Shown piece by piece: positions 30,370 to 40,100 of a DNA stretch of 64,000 bases. Source of the stretch: an uncultured Gammaproteobacteria bacterium (GTDB taxonomy: Bacteria; Cyanobacteriota; Vampirovibrionia; Gastranaerophilales; CAZEDP01); contig CAZXPD010000005.1 in NCBI GenBank assembly GCA_964643065.1, positions 8 through 64,007 on the forward strand. The letters run 5' to 3'. Position 1 is the first letter of the stretch. Each line of letters opens with the position of its first letter. Below the pieces are notes generated by a model. The model worked only from the letters and a program-made list of their open reading frames with translations. It ran no database searches and was not told where the DNA came from. Both the position numbers and the translations under genes were made by a program.

Positions 30370-31050
30370 ATGATATTTTCTGAAAGCAAAGCGCATGAAG
30401 TAACAGTCGACATAGTTATTTTTACGGTGCGAAAGAAAAAACTTGAAGTATTGCTTATCAAAAGAGGGCATGAACCTTTTAAAGACAAGTGGGCTATTCC
30501 CGGCGGATTCATAACCTTATCTGAAAATCTTGACGATGCTGCAAAAAGGGTTTTGTTTGAAAAAACGCAGGTCAGAGATGTTTATCTTGAGCAGCTTCAT
30601 ACATTCGGTGAACCTGAAAGATACCCCGGCACCAGGGTTATTACAGTCAGCTATTTTGCATTAATAAGGTCGGATGACTTAAAACCGGCAAAAGGAACTG
30701 ATACAAATGTTCAGCAGGTCAGTTGGCAGCCGGTTTATAATCTGCCTCCGTTAGCATTTGACCACAAAGACATTATCGAGCACGCCCTGAACAGGCTCAG
30801 AGACAGATTGGAATACACACCTGTTGCTTTCCAGCTACTCCCGAAAAAGTTCACCCTTACTGAACTGCAAAAAACTTATGAGCTCATTCTTAATAAATCT
30901 CTTGATAAGAGAAATTTCAGAAAGAAAATGGTTTCACTCGGAATCCTCAAAGAATCCGACGAATTTACAAAGATTTCCTCAAAACGCCCTGCAAGATTAT
31001 ATTCATTCAACAGTGAATACATTGATAACAAAAAGGGCATGATAGCTTAA
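30370..31050 (+). CDS. NrtR-like Nudix + winged-HTH regulator
   Basis: TVDIVIF, WAIPGGF, RVITVSY, LAFDH, FTLTELQKTYE, NFRKK, RPARLY. Confidence 0.9.
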   Translation: MIFSESKAHEVTVDIVIFTVRKKKLEVLLIKRGHEPFKDKWAIPGGFITLSENLDDAAKRVLFEKTQVRDVYLEQLHTFGEPERYPGTRVITVSYFALIRSDDLKPAKGTDTNVQQVSWQPVYNLPPLAFDHKDIIEHALNRLRDRLEYTPVAFQLLPKKFTLTELQKTYELILNKSLDKRNFRKKMVSLGILKESDEFTKISSKRPARLYSFNSEYIDNKKGMIA

Positions 31051-31184
31051 TACATAAGATTTCCGCATATTTTATTGTAAAGAAGTGTTGCAATTTTACA
31101 TAAAATTCAAAAAAATATGTAAATTAATTTTTCTTGCGTTTTTACATGTATATACGTTTATGCAGACTGTAGAATTTAAAAAAT

Positions 31185-31919
31185 ATGCGTGGAATTACAA
31201 ATCAAAGAAACAATTTCCTTTATACCAAGAATAATCAACAAAAAATAAAAACCGGTTCGAATTTTTCAATCAATCATAATAAAAATAATCTGTCCTTTAA
31301 AGGCGGTGCAGGGTTGGAATTTTGGATGGGATGGTGGCAAACTTTTTCTTCAGTGCTTGCGGTTGACATACTTTTGATTGTAGCCGCCTATTCAGCAAAA
31401 AAGAAACTTAGTCTCAATTCTGAACTTAAAAACGTCATCTGGCTTTTTAAAGACAGAGAAAAAGACTTCTGCAAAGAAATGAGCAGTGAAATCCAGTCAG
31501 TAATCTCATGTATGGATAATTGTCTGACTTCAAGAGCCAATTTAAAGCCGTCCGACAGGAAAAAAATACTGTCAATACAAGGTGCTCTGACCGAAACAAA
31601 TGATAAATATCTTATTTTATCTCCTGAAACTTCAATACAGGAAAAATTATCAAGGCGTTTATTTAACCCTGATAAAAGAGAAAGCCATACCCAAGAAGTT
31701 CTGCCGACGAAATTTCATCTTATTAACAAGCTGAACGATATCGAGACCAAATGGAAAAAATATTGGAACGGACAAAATATTGATGCAAAAGGGCAGACTT
31801 TAATTTATCAGCCTGTCGTGATGAAGTTGGAAAAAGCTATTGGAATTTTGAACTCTATTCACAGCGGCAATTTTGCAGCGGCTACGGATGCTGCATTTGA
31901 AACAGTTGCACATACTTAA
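31185..31919 (+). CDS. hypothetical protein with Asn-rich leader (..NLSFKG) and one hydrophobic segment
   Basis: 244-aa ORF, no known domain. Confidence 0.75.
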   Translation: MRGITNQRNNFLYTKNNQQKIKTGSNFSINHNKNNLSFKGGAGLEFWMGWWQTFSSVLAVDILLIVAAYSAKKKLSLNSELKNVIWLFKDREKDFCKEMSSEIQSVISCMDNCLTSRANLKPSDRKKILSIQGALTETNDKYLILSPETSIQEKLSRRLFNPDKRESHTQEVLPTKFHLINKLNDIETKWKKYWNGQNIDAKGQTLIYQPVVMKLEKAIGILNSIHSGNFAAATDAAFETVAHT

Positions 31920-32235
31920 TACTTTGTTTAAATTATCCTGCAATAGCAACGTCATACATTCGTATGATGGTTTAAACCCTTATTATCTAAGTAAATTCAC
32001 CCTATGGATGATGTTATGAACCAGGTAAATATGGCAAACTGTTTTTTAGAAAATGCTTTTATAAGAATGGAATCTTTAAATGAACTTAAACGAGGAATGT
32101 CTTTTACAATTTTTGAATAATCCGGAGCGGCTTGAATTTTTATCGGAAAAGTTAAAGAGCTTAATTTTTTGTTCCGAAAGTAATATTATTAAGTTTGAAA
32201 ATAAAATACAGCTGAGCAGCAATAAAGTTTTATAA

Positions 32236-34074
32236 ATGCGAAACAATAAAATCAAAACTTTCTTAAATGCAAAAGCAGGTGAGTACTTGCTTTATTTTAT
32301 GCTGATGGCGGTAACGGTTTTGTCGCTCTGGTTTATAATCAAATTTGTTGATCAGAACAACTTTTTTGAAGTCATGGAGCATAAAACCCTTGATATAAGG
32401 TTTAACCTGACAAACGGAAAACTCAAACACAATTCTGACATAATTATTCTTGCAATTGACGATACAAGTCTCGATACTCTTCAAAATGAATACGGTATCT
32501 GGCCCCTTACCCGTGACATCTATGCCAAAGCTATAAACTATCTTGAAAAAGATAGTGTTGATTCGATAATATTTGACCTAATGTTTGTAGGTTATCAAAA
32601 GAACAATAAAAAGCAGGATATTGAACTGGCAAAAACAATAAGCAGTTATAACAATGTTTTTACCGCAATGAATTTTACTAATACCCAAAATAAAAACCCC
32701 CCGAAACTTCCCGACAAACTTAAACTTAATGTTAAATTACAGAGTAACAAATATAATTTTTCGGGATATGAATTTGACGATTGTCAGCTAATCCTTCCCG
32801 AAATCATTTCCTCAACTGAGAACATAGGTTTTACCAACATAGTCAGGAGCAAAGACGGAATTATCAGAAAAGTACCTCTTGTTCTTAAATACCAACGTGA
32901 TTTTTACCCTTATCTGGGTTTCAAAGCCGCTCTTGCCTACATTAACAAACATGAAAAAGCAAACATAAAAACGCTGACTTTTACTAAAGATAACACTTTA
33001 AAAATCGGCAAACGGACTATTTATGTTAATAATGACGGCACTATGATTCTCAATTGGTACGGACCCGGGAAAACCTTCCAATACGTTTCTTTCGGCGATG
33101 TAATTAAGTCCTACGAAAACGAAAAAAACGGTATTCCTCCAATTCTTCCGAAAGATACCTTTAAAAATAAAATAGTGTTTATCGGAATGACTGCAACATC
33201 TATGTTTGACATAAAAAGCGTACCGCTAAGCTCTGTTTATCCAGGTGTTGAAGTTCAGGCTACCACTCTTAACAACATTCTGGATGCAAATTCAGTGACG
33301 CCGATAAATAAAAAAATCGATATTATTACCTGTATTATATTAAGCATAATAACCGGCATACTGGTACTGCGAATTCCGTCTGTATTGGGTTCTCTTTTGG
33401 CTGTTCTTTTAACGACCATATTTTATATAGTTTTTGCGGGAATATTATTCCAAAAATATTTTATATGGATAGGTTTGGTTAACGAAATTATAACCGTGGC
33501 ATTAACAATAATAATAATGTACATTTACAAATACCTGCTTAAATCCCGCGATTTCGATTATACATACAAACTTGCAACAACGGACGGTTTAACGGCGCTT
33601 TATAACCACAGATATTTTCAGGACAGTCTTGCAGATCTGATTAAAAAATCCGAAAAACAAGCTCTGCCTTTTTCCTTATTGATTGTTGATATAGATTTCT
33701 TTAAAAAGTTCAATGACACATACGGTCATCAGGCAGGCGACGAAGTTCTCAGAAAAACAGCAGACTTGCTTAAAAAATCAGTCAAATCTATGGATGTTGT
33801 AGCAAGATACGGTGGCGAGGAAATGGTTATTATTCTTAAAAAAACCGGCAAGAAAGAAGCTGTTATTGCTGCGGAGAGAATTTGCCGCACGGTTGCCGCT
33901 AAAACATATGTTTTGGGTGAGGGAGTGGAAACAAATGTTACAATAAGCCTTGGAGTTGCAACATATCCCGAAGACGGAATATCCCCACAGGAATTAATTG
34001 AATTCGCCGACAAAGGGCTTTATCATGCTAAACAGAGCGGAAGAAACCGCGTAGGAATATACGAAAAACATTAA
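32236..34074 (+). CDS. CHASE2-domain diguanylate cyclase
   Basis: N-terminal TM, CHASE2 (IIILAIDD, WPLTR, IIFDLMF, DGIIRK, YPGVEVQA), three TMs, GGDEF domain (DGLT, DIDFFKKFNDTYGH, RYGGEEM). Confidence 0.92.
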   Translation: MRNNKIKTFLNAKAGEYLLYFMLMAVTVLSLWFIIKFVDQNNFFEVMEHKTLDIRFNLTNGKLKHNSDIIILAIDDTSLDTLQNEYGIWPLTRDIYAKAINYLEKDSVDSIIFDLMFVGYQKNNKKQDIELAKTISSYNNVFTAMNFTNTQNKNPPKLPDKLKLNVKLQSNKYNFSGYEFDDCQLILPEIISSTENIGFTNIVRSKDGIIRKVPLVLKYQRDFYPYLGFKAALAYINKHEKANIKTLTFTKDNTLKIGKRTIYVNNDGTMILNWYGPGKTFQYVSFGDVIKSYENEKNGIPPILPKDTFKNKIVFIGMTATSMFDIKSVPLSSVYPGVEVQATTLNNILDANSVTPINKKIDIITCIILSIITGILVLRIPSVLGSLLAVLLTTIFYIVFAGILFQKYFIWIGLVNEIITVALTIIIMYIYKYLLKSRDFDYTYKLATTDGLTALYNHRYFQDSLADLIKKSEKQALPFSLLIVDIDFFKKFNDTYGHQAGDEVLRKTADLLKKSVKSMDVVARYGGEEMVIILKKTGKKEAVIAAERICRTVAAKTYVLGEGVETNVTISLGVATYPEDGISPQELIEFADKGLYHAKQSGRNRVGIYEKH

Positions 34075-34077
34075 AAA

Positions 34078-34812
34078 ATGGCAGAAAATCACAAAAAATT
34101 GATAGGAATTTGGGGTTATCCTAACCCCGAAGTTTTAGAAGAAGTCAAAATAAAATATCCGAATCACGATTTTATTGATTTGGATATTAATTACGCCGCG
34201 CCTGCTTCTGACATGCTTCCCGATGCTTATTGCAAAATTATTAAAAACATTATCGATAACAGCCTGCATTATCGTAAATCGCTTGAGCTGATTGTTGCAT
34301 CAGTCGGCGAAGAAAAATGCAATTCCGCAAAAATTTCCGCAAAAATTTTACAAGATTTGGGCTTTAATGTTATTGAAACCGAATACGAAACTTACGGTAA
34401 GTCAAATCTAAAAACGCCGGTTTCACAAAGCACACTTCCTCTTAAGACAAAAATAACGTCAATTATGGACAATATTATTCAAAAAAAAGATATTAAAACA
34501 AAACAGTGCAGCCCCAAGTTCGGTTTTTGGGGTGTGCCGCCTAATGATGACCGTATTTTAGAACTTTTTCCCGACGAAACACATGTTTACGGATGGGTAC
34601 GCTGTGTTGAAGCTCAAAGACCGGCTGATCTAGAACTGGAAATGTTTGTTGACGAGCACGTTCCGACAGTATTTTTTGCTCAGACTTTTTGTTCCAAAAT
34701 GCAGCTTGCTAAATATCTTGCCAAAAAATACGACGGTATGTACGCAGATGCGGATGATTTAGCTTCAAATTCAGTTAAGGCAAAAATAACCGCATTTTTG
34801 AGGCTGGGTTAG
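34078..34812 (+). CDS. miniature 2-hydroxyacyl-CoA dehydratase (HgdA/B)-fold protein
   Basis: Two WG-P-led half domains, Cys at DAYC, EEKC, VRC, TFC, and C-terminal VKAKITAFLRL resembling the RIEAFLE end of the family. Sits before an activase. Confidence 0.55.
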   Translation: MAENHKKLIGIWGYPNPEVLEEVKIKYPNHDFIDLDINYAAPASDMLPDAYCKIIKNIIDNSLHYRKSLELIVASVGEEKCNSAKISAKILQDLGFNVIETEYETYGKSNLKTPVSQSTLPLKTKITSIMDNIIQKKDIKTKQCSPKFGFWGVPPNDDRILELFPDETHVYGWVRCVEAQRPADLELEMFVDEHVPTVFFAQTFCSKMQLAKYLAKKYDGMYADADDLASNSVKAKITAFLRLG

Positions 34813-34815
34813 TTT

Positions 34816-35571
34816 ATGCGGAAACTTTTCATTGATGCGGGAACAAGCTGGTGTAAGGTCTTAGAGCTTTTTGACGAAAAAAGTTCTTCAAAAATTCTTA
34901 TTAAAGAGACTTTAGCTAAATATAAAGCAAAAAACAGCCCTAAGAACTTTACGGACAGAGAAAACGATGTCTTTCACGGCAACTTATATCTTTTTCCCAC
35001 AACTGTTCTCAGTACCCTAAATCTTAAATTTGACGTCGGAACGGGGCATATGTCTAAGAATTTTATCAAGAAGCCCGATAATTATGAAAATGAGGTTGTA
35101 GCGCTTGCCTATGGCGCAAAAAAAATACTGAATAATCCGGAAAATGCGGTTATTGTTGATATCGGGAGCAGAGATATTAAGTGGGTAAGATTTGAAAACG
35201 GAAGATATAAAGATTTGGATTGGAATGCAACCTGCGGAAGCGCGACGGGAGCAACAGCCGAAATGCTTTGCAAGTTTTATGACGTTAATCCTAAAAAGCT
35301 CAAAGCGCTTAAAGAAAAAATTCCCGTTACTTGCGGTGTATTTGCCATGGAAAAGATAATGGATGCGATAGCAAATAAAACCCCTCCCGAGAAGGCAATT
35401 GCTCAGTATTTGCATGGGATTGCATACAACACATGGAATTTTGCCAAACGTCCCGAAAAGATTTATCTTTCGGGCGGGTTTTGCTTGAATCCGTGTTTTA
35501 TTGATTCACTCAAGTTTTATTGCGAAGTTGTTCCCCTTGGGAGGTTTGTAATCCTTGAGGGGTTGTATTAG
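34816..35571 (+). CDS. BcrAD/BadFG (HgdC-like) ASKHA ATPase activase
   Basis: IDAGTS, VDIGSRDIK, NATCGSATG, TCGVFA, LSGGFCLN. Both cluster-ligating Cys positions present. Confidence 0.85.
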   Translation: MRKLFIDAGTSWCKVLELFDEKSSSKILIKETLAKYKAKNSPKNFTDRENDVFHGNLYLFPTTVLSTLNLKFDVGTGHMSKNFIKKPDNYENEVVALAYGAKKILNNPENAVIVDIGSRDIKWVRFENGRYKDLDWNATCGSATGATAEMLCKFYDVNPKKLKALKEKIPVTCGVFAMEKIMDAIANKTPPEKAIAQYLHGIAYNTWNFAKRPEKIYLSGGFCLNPCFIDSLKFYCEVVPLGRFVILEGLY

Positions 35572-35596
35572 ACAATACAGCAATCCGACATAAACC

Positions 35597-35916
35597 GTTA
35601 TCCTGACCATAAAACCGTCTTTCTGAGTCGCAGCCGAAGAATCTCAATCCTGTTATGTCATTCTCAGCCACGCAGTGGCGTGAGAATCTGCCCCTGTCCT
35701 GCCCCGAACTGTCATTCTAAGCGCAAAACCGTCATCTTGAGCATAAGCGAAGGATCTCAAGGTCGTCATCACTCTGTCTTACCTCTTATGTCTTCCTGAA
35801 GCATCCTGCTATGCAAAATAACTATAATAGCTGATGTTCAGGATCTGACCATCGCTAATAACCACATAAAACCACTATTTGTCATCCTGAGAGAGCGAAG
35901 CGAACGTGAGGATCTG
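35597..35916 (+). repeat. tandem cluster of REP-like palindromic elements GTC(A/T)T(C/T)CTGA...(A/G)GATCT
   Basis: Five near-complete copies (35617-35645, 35657-35690, 35731-35758, 35790-35847, 35881-35916) and two stubs (35597, 35711), all in one orientation. Confidence 0.8.
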
Positions 35917-36171
35917 AAAAATCAATATTTCATCGGTACTTGTTCTTTCTATATGGTTGACAGCTTTAGATGTCGAAACAAATAAAGAACCGAAAGGACT
36001 TGTCTTTTCTGCAAACAAAAAGGTCAATAAACAATGTTTAAAACCCTCACCCAAAAATAATTTTTATATGTATAATTTTGTGTAATAAAAATCGCCGAAA
36101 ACCATACAGCAAAAAGAGGACGGCGACCTTAAATTTAAACCTTCAAACTGTGCAAAAATTTAAACGGGATA

Positions 36172-37638
36172 TTACCTGACATTAACCTGCATTCTTGCAA
36201 TACTGTGCTCTGCCAGATTGATGTAAGAAGTCGGGGCAATACCGATAAACAAAACAATCAACGCCATTGCAATGCAAACACCCTCTAATACCTTGGTTTC
36301 AACATCTTTGTTGATATCAGTTTCCTCAATGACAGCTGATTTTTCAAATATAACCTTTATAACCCTGAAGTAATAATAAAGCCCGACAACGGTGTTTATA
36401 AGGGCAATCAGCAGCAGCAGTATGAAATAACCCCCTCCGAAGAAAATTGATTTGAATAAGTAAAACTTACCTATGAAACCGGCAGTTAAAGGTATTCCTG
36501 CAAGCGAGAGGAAACATAATACCAAAGTCATGGCTGTTGCAGGTTCTTTATAAAGAAGTCCCCTGAAATCCTCCACAGTGCTCTTTCCTGTTTTGTTTAC
36601 CAAAGCCTCAATAGCTGCCCACGCTCCAAGGTTTGTAAAGATATAAGCTATTATGTAGAAGACGCTTCCCGAAAATCCTTCGGCTGAAATCACCGCAACG
36701 CCTGCTAGCAGGTAACCGCATTGTGCAACTGAACTGTAACCCATAAGCCTTTTTATATCGGTTTGTTTTATTGCGGCAAGGTTGCCTATTGACATACTGA
36801 CAGCGGCAATAAACCCGAGTATGAGACACCATAAAGGAGAATTTCCGAAAATAATACCCGTAAAAACTATTAATGCACCCAATCCTGCCGTTTTCGACAC
36901 AACCGAAATAAATGCCGCTACAGGTACCGGTGCGCCTTCATAAACGTCAGGCACCCAGAAATGAAAAGGGAAACTGCCCAGCTTGAATAAAAAACCGCCC
37001 ATAATAAGGACAAAGCTGATAGCCATAATAATATCAGGCTTTGCAAGTGATAATGACTTTGCAATTACTTCATAGTTTGTATCTCCTGCTGCACCATAGA
37101 GGAAAGACAGACCGTAAAGCATGACGGCTGAAGCAGTTGCACCGATAAGTAGGTATTTTAAACCGGCTTCGTTTGAAAGTTTATCGGACTTCGTGAAAGC
37201 GCAGAGCATGTAGCTTGAAATACTGACAGTTTCCAAAGATACAAAAAAGCTAATCAAATCCCTTGAGCTAACAAGAAGCAGGCCGCCTAAAGCTGCCGTC
37301 ATCAAAAGACTGTAAAATTCGCCTTCGCTCTTACCAAAACCGGAAGTGTAACTCTTTGACATCAAGACGGTTATTATCGTACCCGTCAAAATCAGAAATC
37401 CCATAAGGCAGGAGAACGGATTAGAGATAAAACTGCCGTTAAGCAATGTTATTTCGTTGTTCAACGGAACAAATCTGTATGAAAAAAGCGACAGGAACAA
37501 GCCCGTCAGCGATACATAAAATACTGTGCAGGGTTTTATCTTTTCCGACAAAAAAGACAGGGCAATACTTGTCAAAATTGTCATTAACAAAATCATTTCA
37601 GGTAAAAATGCAATCTGTTGGCTATAAAAAAAACTCAT
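36172..37638 (-). CDS. nuoN: NADH:quinone oxidoreductase subunit N (NdhB-like)
   Basis: FVSLETVSI, SNEAGLKY, FKLGSFPFHFWVPDVYEGAP, IKRLMGYSS, SLAGIP. Confidence 0.92.
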   Translation of the reverse strand: MSFFYSQQIAFLPEMILLMTILTSIALSFLSEKIKPCTVFYVSLTGLFLSLFSYRFVPLNNEITLLNGSFISNPFSCLMGFLILTGTIITVLMSKSYTSGFGKSEGEFYSLLMTAALGGLLLVSSRDLISFFVSLETVSISSYMLCAFTKSDKLSNEAGLKYLLIGATASAVMLYGLSFLYGAAGDTNYEVIAKSLSLAKPDIIMAISFVLIMGGFLFKLGSFPFHFWVPDVYEGAPVPVAAFISVVSKTAGLGALIVFTGIIFGNSPLWCLILGFIAAVSMSIGNLAAIKQTDIKRLMGYSSVAQCGYLLAGVAVISAEGFSGSVFYIIAYIFTNLGAWAAIEALVNKTGKSTVEDFRGLLYKEPATAMTLVLCFLSLAGIPLTAGFIGKFYLFKSIFFGGGYFILLLLIALINTVVGLYYYFRVIKVIFEKSAVIEETDINKDVETKVLEGVCIAMALIVLFIGIAPTSYINLAEHSIARMQVNVR

Positions 37639-37653
37639 TTTTTTCTCCGTCCC

Positions 37654-39192
37654 TTAAATAACAGCTAAAAAACCATTTACCGCAGTTTGAAACAAATTCG
37701 TAAGTCCGCTCGGAAATATTCCGAACAATACTGTAACCGCGGTTAAAGAAATCAGAACAACGGTTTCGTGAGGGGTTATATCATGAACTTTATTCCATTT
37801 TTCAAACATTGTGCCGAAAAATACTTTTTGGAGCATCCAAAGCAGGTACCCCGCCGTCAAAATAATTCCCGAAGCCCCGATAATAACCAGGACTTTAATT
37901 GAAAGAGGTGTAACAGACTTCAGGAAATATACCTTGCTTAGTGAATCAGATATAAAAGCGCCGTAAAACGAAAAAGTTTCGGCAGGGAAGCCGATTAATA
38001 ACGGCAATCCCAAACTTGCCAGAGCTATTATCATTGCAAAATAAGAAAGCCTTGGCATGACTTTTGCCAATCCTCCAAGTTGAGCCATTTCTCTTGTGTG
38101 TGTCCTTAAATAAACGATTCCTGCCACCATAAACAATCCGGCGCTGATGATTCCGTGTGCAAACATTTGAAATACCGCTCCCGACAGACCAAAAGGATTT
38201 AAAGCCCCGAGCCCCAGGAGTACGATTCCCATATGGCTGATACTGCTGTATGCCACAAGCTTTTTAATATCCGTCTGTGCAAGAGCGACAAAAGCACCGT
38301 ATATTAAATTTATTACTCCTAACAGTATGATTACCGAAGCAAAATATTGGGTAAAATCGGGCAAAAGCTGCAAATTCATTCTAATAAGCCCATATCCGCC
38401 CATCTTTAATAAAATACCCGCTAACAGCATACTTGTAGGAGTTGAAGCATCAACATGCGCATCGGGCAGCCAGGTATGGAACGGAACTATCGGTAGTTTG
38501 ACGGCAAAGCCGATAAAGAACCCCCAAAATGCCAAAGTTCCAAACCAAAGAGGATAATTATGATTGTTCAGCATAGAAAGAATACTGTGGTCGAACGTAA
38601 GAACCCCTGTCTGAACCCAGTTTTGATAACATACCGCAAGAATGGACAAAAGCATAAAGATACTTCCAAAGAAGGTATACAGGATAAATTTCGTTGCCGA
38701 ATATTCTTTTCTGCCGCTTCCCCAGATTGAAATCAGGAAAAACATCGGTATAAGTTCGATTTCCCAAAATAAAAAGAACAGAAATAAATCTCTTGAAGTA
38801 AAAACGCCTAATATTGCCGTTGTAAGAAGAAAAACCAATGAATAATAAAGTTTATGTCTTTTCGTTATGTTGCTTTTACTTGCTATTAAAGCCATTAATA
38901 CAAGAAAAGCCGTTAAAATAACCATTATTAAAGATAAACCATCAATCCCGAATGAAAAACTGATACCTAACGGCTTAATCCAATCATAACTCTGCGCAAA
39001 CTGATATCCATTTGCGGTATTGTCGAAAAATAACGCGAAAAGAAGCGAATAAATAAAAAGCAGTGTACCAAAGCCCTTTGCAAACCTTCTTATTTTAACT
39101 TCATTATTGGGGAAAAAAGGACATAATATAATAATTGAAGCTAAAACAGGCAGAAGAACCAATGCTATCGGTGATAAGAATTGAATATTCAT
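37654..39192 (-). CDS. nuoM: NADH:quinone oxidoreductase subunit M (NdhD-like)
   Basis: GIDGLS, LFFLFWEIELIPMF, VKLPIVPFHTWLPDAH, LLKMGGYG, AYSSISHMG. Confidence 0.93.
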   Translation of the reverse strand: MNIQFLSPIALVLLPVLASIIILCPFFPNNEVKIRRFAKGFGTLLFIYSLLFALFFDNTANGYQFAQSYDWIKPLGISFSFGIDGLSLIMVILTAFLVLMALIASKSNITKRHKLYYSLVFLLTTAILGVFTSRDLFLFFLFWEIELIPMFFLISIWGSGRKEYSATKFILYTFFGSIFMLLSILAVCYQNWVQTGVLTFDHSILSMLNNHNYPLWFGTLAFWGFFIGFAVKLPIVPFHTWLPDAHVDASTPTSMLLAGILLKMGGYGLIRMNLQLLPDFTQYFASVIILLGVINLIYGAFVALAQTDIKKLVAYSSISHMGIVLLGLGALNPFGLSGAVFQMFAHGIISAGLFMVAGIVYLRTHTREMAQLGGLAKVMPRLSYFAMIIALASLGLPLLIGFPAETFSFYGAFISDSLSKVYFLKSVTPLSIKVLVIIGASGIILTAGYLLWMLQKVFFGTMFEKWNKVHDITPHETVVLISLTAVTVLFGIFPSGLTNLFQTAVNGFLAVI

Positions 39193-39271
39193 AACTTAAA
39201 AACCTTTATAAACAAAAATCAAATTTCTTTTTACGAAACAAGTATAGCACGGTCATTACAGTTAGTTTTAT

Positions 39272-39302
39272 AAAAAAAGGAGAGAAGGATTTCCCTCTCT
39301 CC
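39272..39302 (-). terminator. intrinsic terminator after the peroxiredoxin gene
   Basis: Minus strand GGAGAGAGGG-AAAT-CCTTCTCTCC followed by a T run. Confidence 0.75.
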
Positions 39303-39320
39303 CTGGTGTTAAAATTAATA

Positions 39321-40004
39321 TTATACTTTTCTTTTGCATAAGAACCAGTCTACGCACTCTTCATGTTTTTCTTCCATTCTTTTTTCTGCGGCATCAACCG
39401 TATTTGGGGGCGGAACTATAACATTTTCGCCGGGTTTCCAGTTTGCAGGCGTAGCGATTTTTTCCTTATCACCAAGTTGAAGACAATCAAGAACTCGGAG
39501 AATTTCGTCCATATTCCTTCCGACACTTGCGGGATAAGTAACCATAAACCTGATTATTCCTTGCGGGTCAATAATAAAAACCGTTCTGACTGCATGAACT
39601 TCACTCATGGCAGGGTGAATCATACCGTATGTATGTGCCACTTCCATAGTCAAATCGGCAATTACCGGGAATTTTATTTTAACATTGAACTTTTTCTCTA
39701 TAAGCCTTACCCAGGCTATGTGGGAAAATACGCTGTCTATGCTCAGCCCCATTATTTTTGTGTTCCTTTTTTTGAATTCGTCATGAAGCTTGGCAAAAGC
39801 AACAAATTCAGTGGTGCATACCGGCGTAAAATCGGCAGGATGCGAAAAAAGGATTACCCAGCTGTCTTTTGCAAATTCCGAGAAAACTATTTTTCCCTGA
39901 GTGGTATCGGCTTCGAAATCAGGGGCTTCTTCTCCAAGTTTCGGGCATGTGCAGAGTTCCATATCATCATCGTATTCATCGCAGTATGTGCAGTTGTGTT
40001 CCAT
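39321..40004 (-). CDS. peroxiredoxin, Prx6/archaeal-type, with Cys-rich N-terminal extension
   Basis: HPADFTPVCTTEF, TPANW, C-terminal CVDWFLC. GGAGG SD places the start at ATG 40004 rather than TTG 40016. Confidence 0.92.
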   Translation of the reverse strand: MEHNCTYCDEYDDDMELCTCPKLGEEAPDFEADTTQGKIVFSEFAKDSWVILFSHPADFTPVCTTEFVAFAKLHDEFKKRNTKIMGLSIDSVFSHIAWVRLIEKKFNVKIKFPVIADLTMEVAHTYGMIHPAMSEVHAVRTVFIIDPQGIIRFMVTYPASVGRNMDEILRVLDCLQLGDKEKIATPANWKPGENVIVPPPNTVDAAEKRMEEKHEECVDWFLCKRKV

Positions 40005-40100
40005 GTTTTCCTCCAAGTTTATCTTACAAGAGCCTATATTAAACTAACTAATATTTTATTTCAATTAATGCTTTTATACGGCAATGTTAATAAATGAGGA

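Noticed and set aside
32004-32120. 38-codon ORF MDDVMNQVNMANCFLENAFIRMESLNELKRGMSFTIFE upstream of the diguanylate cyclase
   Set aside because: No SD and no recognisable homology. It cannot be distinguished from chance.
35597-35916. Repeat cluster considered as a CRISPR array
   Set aside because: Units differ in length and sequence, spacing is irregular, variation is inside the palindromes, and no cas genes are present.
39363-40097. 244-aa plus-strand ORF antisense to the peroxiredoxin
   Set aside because: It shadows a well-supported gene, shows no recognisable motifs or SD, and has an atypical composition. Treated as an antisense artefact.
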